64,000 nucleotides of DNA from an uncultured Verrucomicrobiae bacterium (GTDB lineage Bacteria > Verrucomicrobiota > Verrucomicrobiia > Chthoniobacterales > JAATET01): positions 259,140-323,139 of the forward strand of contig CAVXHK010000001.1 of assembly GCA_963761705.1 (NCBI GenBank). The letters are read 5' to 3'. The notes under the pieces are model-generated. The model was not told where the DNA came from. It worked only from the letters and a program-made list of their open reading frames with translations, and did no database searches. Position 1 is the first letter of the stretch; each line of letters opens with the position of its first letter. Positions 59,630 to 64,000 of the stretch are shown piece by piece. The position numbers were made by a program, and so were the translations under genes.

Positions 59630-60263
59630 CCTCTCTGCGTCTCAACGCCTCTGCGGGAAAAAAGTATCGATACAGGAACTCGCGCAACCGAAGGCTCGGG
59701 GGAGCCGAAGATAGACGAAAAGCCCGAAGGGTGACCGAGCTGGGTTGCGAGGGAATCAAAGGCGCAGAGGCGCAGAGAATGAAGATGCTGGTGGGTTTCA
59801 CCCAAAGAGCGCTAAACCTACAGATCAGCTAATTCCAATAACTATCAACTGTATCTCAGGCCTCCGCGCCTCCGCGCCTCCGCGGGCTAAAAGTATCAAT
59901 ACAGGGACTCGCGCTGAGACGCAGAGGCGCAGAGAATGAAGATGGCTATGGGTTTCACGCGGTTCCTGCACGAAGAGCTACTGATTAGATATTTCCAACA
60001 ACAAAAACTCAATAACTATCAACTGTATCTCAGCCCTCCGCGTCTCTGCGCCTCCGCGGGAGAAAAGTATCGATACAGGGACTCGCGCAGAGGCGCAGAG
60101 GCGCAGAGAATGAAGATGGCGATGGGTTTCACGCAAAGAGCGCTAAATTTACAGATCAGCTAATTCCAATAATTAGTAACTGTATCTCAGCCCTCCGCGC
60201 CTCTGCGCCTCTGCGGGAGAAAAGTATCAGTATCAATCCAGGAACTCGCGCAGAGACGCAGAG
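59630..60263. repeat. Mosaic palindromic-repeat zone 3
   Basis: Four hairpin units, three C modules, and D copy 59683..59749. Confidence 0.85.
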
Positions 60264-60285
60264 AGTGGTGAAGGGTCCTTGAAAA

Positions 60286-60669
60286 ATGACGGAGAATGAG
60301 ATCGGAACGAAGGTTCTGGAGGTATCGATTGAAATCCACAGGGAGCTGGGTCCCGGGCTGCTTGAAACGGTTTACGAAGTGGTTCTGGCAAAGGAACTGT
60401 CTTTACGTGGCCTGATTGTGCAGCGCCAGGTGCCGGTGCCAATCCTGTGTCGCGGAACTCGGTTTGATGAAGGTTTTCGCGCTGATCTGATTATTAACCG
60501 GACCGTCCTTCTGGAACTCAAATCTGTCGAAAAGGTAATCCCTGCCCACAAGAAGCAAGTGCAGACCTACCTGCGACTCACTGGTATCAAGCTGGGTTAT
60601 CTTTTGAACTTTGGTGAGTCTGTTCTGAAAAGTGGGATCACTCGCTGCGTCAATGGCCTCGAATCATGA
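60286..60669 (+). CDS. GxxExxY family protein (PD-(D/E)XK nuclease-like fold)
   Basis: GLLETVYE, RADLIINRTVLLELK, GYLLNFG. An R arm ends 22 nt upstream and an L arm starts 3 nt after the stop. Confidence 0.8.
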   Translation: MTENEIGTKVLEVSIEIHRELGPGLLETVYEVVLAKELSLRGLIVQRQVPVPILCRGTRFDEGFRADLIINRTVLLELKSVEKVIPAHKKQVQTYLRLTGIKLGYLLNFGESVLKSGITRCVNGLES

Positions 60670-60672
60670 ATT

Positions 60673-61115
60673 CCCTCCGCGCCTCTGCGCCTCTGCGGGC
60701 TAAAAGTATCAATCCAGGAACTCGCGCAGAGGCGCAGAGATTGAAGATGCGATGGGTTTCAAGCGGCCCTCGAGCGAAGAGCGGCAGGTCTACAGATCAA
60801 CTGCTCCCAATACCCAATAACTATCACCTGGATCTCAGCCCTCAGCGCCTCCGCGCCTCTGCGGGCTAAAAGCATTCAATACAGAAACTCGCGCAACCGA
60901 AGGCTCGGGGGAGCCGAAGATAGACGAAAAGCCCGAAGGGTGACCGAGCTGGGTTGCGAGGGAATCAAAGACGCAGAGACGCAGAGATTCATACAAATGC
61001 GGATGAGAAAAGGCTGAAAGAGAAGAACAGGGGAAATTAAAGGAAGCTGAATTTTGTAAAGAATCCCCTCAGCGTCTCAGCGCCTCTGCGGGAGAAAAGT
61101 ATCAATACAGGGACT
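60673..61115. repeat. Mosaic palindromic-repeat zone 4
   Basis: Hairpin at 60673..60739, a C module, a hairpin with D copy 60892..60958, a B module, and a final L arm plus linker. Confidence 0.85.
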
Positions 61116-61160
61116 CGTTTAAGAATCGCGCAAGGTAGAGTCTTGCGCTAACATCCAGCA

Positions 61161-61478
61161 ATGACAACGATAGATATAGCCGCGAAGATCGCCCACCGAC
61201 TGATTGGCGGGCTGCCGGCTGAGCAAGTCTGGCTGTTTGGCTCGCAAGCCAGGGGCGATGCCTCGCCTGATAGTGATTTGGATATTCTCGCGGTCGTTGG
61301 CGAAGCAAAGCCGTCCCGGATACGGCAGACCGTTGAGGCCTATTCCCTCGTGGCAGACATCCATGCTCCCAAAGACATCATCATTCTGACTCGCGACCAG
61401 TGGACGCGACAGAAAGGCGTCGTAAACACGATTCCCTACCTTGCTCTCAAAGAGGGCATCCCGCTCCACGAGGGGTGA
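61161..61478 (+). CDS. Nucleotidyltransferase (MNT-type antitoxin)
   Basis: VWLFGSQARGDASPDSDLDILAV is the GSxxRG...DxD motif. Confidence 0.8.
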   Translation: MTTIDIAAKIAHRLIGGLPAEQVWLFGSQARGDASPDSDLDILAVVGEAKPSRIRQTVEAYSLVADIHAPKDIIILTRDQWTRQKGVVNTIPYLALKEGIPLHEG

Positions 61479-61484
61479 CTCAGG

Positions 61485-61913
61485 ATGACCCAAGAATACT
61501 TGCAAGTGGTTGAAGCTTGGTTGGCGAAGGCCGGGTCGGATCTTGCATCAGCCAAATTGTTGATCGAAAACGACGATCCGCATCTCGATACCGGCAGTTA
61601 CCATTGCCAGCAAGCCGCAGAAAAGGTCCTCAAAGGCTGGCTGACTGCTAACAAAGTCGAATTTCGCAAAACCCACGACATCTCTGAGCTTCTCGGCCAA
61701 TGCATTCAAATCGAGGTCAGCTTCCGAGCGTTCGAAGATGCCGGACGTTTCCTCCTGCCATTCGCCACCCAATTCCGCTATCCCGGAGACGTCTTCGAAC
61801 CGTCGCGGGATGAGGCTTTGGAAGCGTTCGAGTCAGCAGCCTCGATTGACTCCTTCGCTCCCGCTCATCTCGCCCTGCGGGCTACGCCGCAGAGCCGCCG
61901 TAGTCTGCCCTGA
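61485..61913 (+). CDS. HEPN domain protein (toxin partner of MNT)
   Basis: AWLAKAGSDLASAKLL...YHCQQAAEKVLKGWL...FRKTHDISELL...QFRYPG is a classical HEPN layout. It starts 6 nt after the MNT gene. Confidence 0.78.
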   Translation: MTQEYLQVVEAWLAKAGSDLASAKLLIENDDPHLDTGSYHCQQAAEKVLKGWLTANKVEFRKTHDISELLGQCIQIEVSFRAFEDAGRFLLPFATQFRYPGDVFEPSRDEALEAFESAASIDSFAPAHLALRATPQSRRSLP

Positions 61914-62035
61914 GGCGTCCCACGCCTCCGGTGCTCTCGACGCGGTTTGGTTTGACTTGAATGCGAAATTTCCGGGCCAGCTTGAATAAGGAAGCCCTTT
62001 GGACCCGCCTCGAATTTTAGACAGCTGACCGTTGC

Positions 62036-63081
62036 CCTCCGAGCCTCTGCGGGAAAAACACATCAATACAGGAACTTGCGCAACCGAAGGCTCGGGGGAG
62101 CCGAAGATAGACGAAAAGCCCGAAGGGTGACCGAGCTGGGTTGCTAGGGAATCAAAGGCGCAGAGACGCAGAGAATGATATAAATGCGGATGAGGAAGAG
62201 CTGAAAAGAAAGAACGGATAAGATCCAAGGAATCTAATCTTCAAAAGGATTCCCTCCGCGCCTCCGCACCTCTGCGGGCTAAAAGTATCGATACAGGAAC
62301 TCGCGCAGAGGCGCAGAGGCGCAGAGATTGATACAAATGCGGATCAGGAAGAGCTGAGAGAGAAGAACGGATGAAAGCCAAAGAAGCCAAATCTTCAAAA
62401 AAATCCCCTCCGCGCCTCTGCGCCTCTGCGGGCTAAAAGTATCAATACAGGGACTCGCGCAGAGGCGCAGAGGCGCAGAGATTGATACAAATGCGGATCA
62501 GGAAGAGCTGAGAGAGAAGAACGGATGAAAGCCAAAGAAGCCAAATCTTCAAAAAAATCCCCTCCGCGCCTCTGCGCCTCCGCGGGATAAAGTATCAATA
62601 CAGGAACTCGCGCAGAGACGCAGAGGCGCAGGAAGCTCGAGAAGGGAATTCGTAATACCAATACAGGGACTCGCGCAACCGAAGGCTCGGGGGAGCCGAA
62701 GATAGACGAAAAGCCCGAAGGGTGACCGAGCTGGGTTGCGAGGGAATCAAAGGCGCAGAGGCGCAGAGAATGAAGATGGCGGCGGATTCATCACGCAAAG
62801 AGCGCTAAACCTACAGATTAGCTGCTTCTAATAACTAATAACAAATAACTATCAACTGTATCTCATTCCCTCCGCGCCTCTGCGCCTCTGCGGGATAAAG
62901 TATCAATACAGGAACTCGCGCAACCGAAGGCTCGGGGAAGCCGAAGATAGACGAAAAGCCCGAAGGGTGACCGAGCTGGGTTGCGAGGGAATCAAAGGCG
63001 CAAAGGCGCAGAGAAGGAAAACCCGCTACCCAGTACCCGTATCTCATCGCCATTCCCTCTGCGCCTCCGCGCCTCTGCGGG
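62036..63081. repeat. Mosaic palindromic-repeat zone 5 (longest)
   Basis: About seven hairpin units and three D copies (62079..62145, 62674..62740, 62919..62985). Ends with a lone L arm at 63055..63081. Confidence 0.85.
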
Positions 63082-63240
63082 ATAATCACTCAGAACCTCA
63101 GAACGCACCTCCCCTCCCATGAAAAAAACAGTAATCATCGTTGCCTCCCGCTCGCCCGAGCGTGTCGCCCTACGGGCTGTCGCTCCACTCCAGGCTACCC
63201 CGACCGTCCCCATCGGTCCGGTGTTCTCTTCCACAAAAGC

Positions 63241-63930
63241 ATGAAAAAGTCACTTATCGTTCTTTTTTCCTCCGTCATCGGTTGGTTCGTCGTGTCCGAG
63301 GCGGCCACCGAGGCTTGGTACCGTTGGCACGAGATGCGGGCCGAGACGTCGGCGGAGTGGCAGGTCACCTGGCCGGACGAACCGGAATCGGATTGGGCCG
63401 TGCAGGATTTCACAGAGTTTCCAACCTCCGATCAAGTGCAGGAAGTTCTGCGCTACGACGAAATGCGCGGTGCCCGCTGGGTTGATCCCGCGTCCCGGGT
63501 CGCGTGGAACGTCAACTTCATCGAATGGGAGCCGGATAAGGATCTCAACGGCATCAATGCCGTTCACAACCCCACGATTTGTCTGCCGAGCGCTGGGATG
63601 CAGCTCGTCGAGACCCTGGGAGAACGGACTCTTGAGGTCGGTGGCCAGACGATCTCCTTCCAATGCTTCATCTTCGAGACCCAGGGTCGCCAACTCTACG
63701 TCTTCTCCGCTGCGAATCAGGAACTGAAATTGAAACCTGCAGACATGGAAGGTGCCGACTTCGGGCGAGCGAATCGCCTGGATACCGTGAATTCCGCCAA
63801 CCGCCAGGGTCCGCGCCAGGTCATGCACATCTACCTCATGGGGCCGCGCAGCTTCGACGAGGCGCTCGCGGAGCTGAAATCCGGACTCCAGAAGCTCGTG
63901 GAGGCGCAGCCCGCCCGGAAGAGCGCGTAG
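63241..63930 (+). CDS. EpsI family exosortase-associated protein
   Basis: N-terminal TM segment SLIVLFSSVIGWFVV and the hallmark segment AVHNPTICLPSAGMQLVE, followed by QLYVFS. 229 aa. Confidence 0.75.
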   Translation: MKKSLIVLFSSVIGWFVVSEAATEAWYRWHEMRAETSAEWQVTWPDEPESDWAVQDFTEFPTSDQVQEVLRYDEMRGARWVDPASRVAWNVNFIEWEPDKDLNGINAVHNPTICLPSAGMQLVETLGERTLEVGGQTISFQCFIFETQGRQLYVFSAANQELKLKPADMEGADFGRANRLDTVNSANRQGPRQVMHIYLMGPRSFDEALAELKSGLQKLVEAQPARKSA

Positions 63931-64000
63931 CGAGTGAAGGGTAGCGGGTCGCGCGTGGCGAGTGGGCGGTGGTTTCAGTGGGTGACAATAGGCGCAGAGG

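Noticed and set aside
56675-63081. CRISPR array
   Set aside because: The units are regularly spaced hairpins, but the intervening 'spacers' (modules B and C) are themselves repeated many times. The repeats are about 68 nt long with 27-nt loops, and no cas genes are present in the window.
56675-63081. Classical integron cassette array (attC sites / CALIN)
   Set aside because: The orientation and TA content look similar to an integron. However, I could not find RYYYAAC ... GTTRRRY core sites at the cassette boundaries. The closest candidates, such as GTTGCGA and GTTAGTT, do not fit. No IntI-type integrase or attI is visible in the window. I keep it only as an analogy.

Overview
High-GC bacterial chromosomal segment with about 60 genes. 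The gene content (exosortase/EpsI, GxxExxY genes, Pro/Thr linkers, GT39, Sel1-tailed Ser/Thr kinase) makes me think of Verrucomicrobiota, but that is only an inference. Positions 1-45 kb are mostly housekeeping. They include carA, a MacAB-like efflux trio, rpmH-rnpA-yidD-yidC-jag, and sucC-VOC-sucD. They also include a Ser/Thr kinase plus ABC-F ATPase, tolB-pal, a hybrid histidine kinase, two transglutaminase-like genes, infA and cysC-cysD-cysN-cysQ. Positions 45-64 kb hold an exopolysaccharide/exosortase locus: Wza-like, Wzc-like, O-antigen-ligase-like, TPR, GbsR-like regulator, gmd, exosortase and EpsI. The most unusual feature is that the exosortase gene and its EpsI partner are separated by about 7.6 kb. 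That insert is a modular palindromic-repeat array of about 20 hairpin units built from a few recurring modules. Embedded in it, all on the + strand, are four toxin-antitoxin pairs (2x MNT/HEPN, 2x antitoxin/PIN) and a GxxExxY (PD-(D/E)XK-like) gene. The same inverted-repeat family flanks a second GxxExxY gene inserted between cysD and cysN, and it also occurs as gene-less hairpins elsewhere. Other points of note are 8-bp and 9-bp microsatellite arrays abutting the gmd and exosortase start codons, and a secreted PBP-transpeptidase homolog with all three catalytic motifs mutated. Two apparent +1 frameshifts (cysD and a U32 peptidase) both sit at the heptamer GAGCTTC. All calls come from reading the sequence and ORF translations by eye. 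No database search was run.
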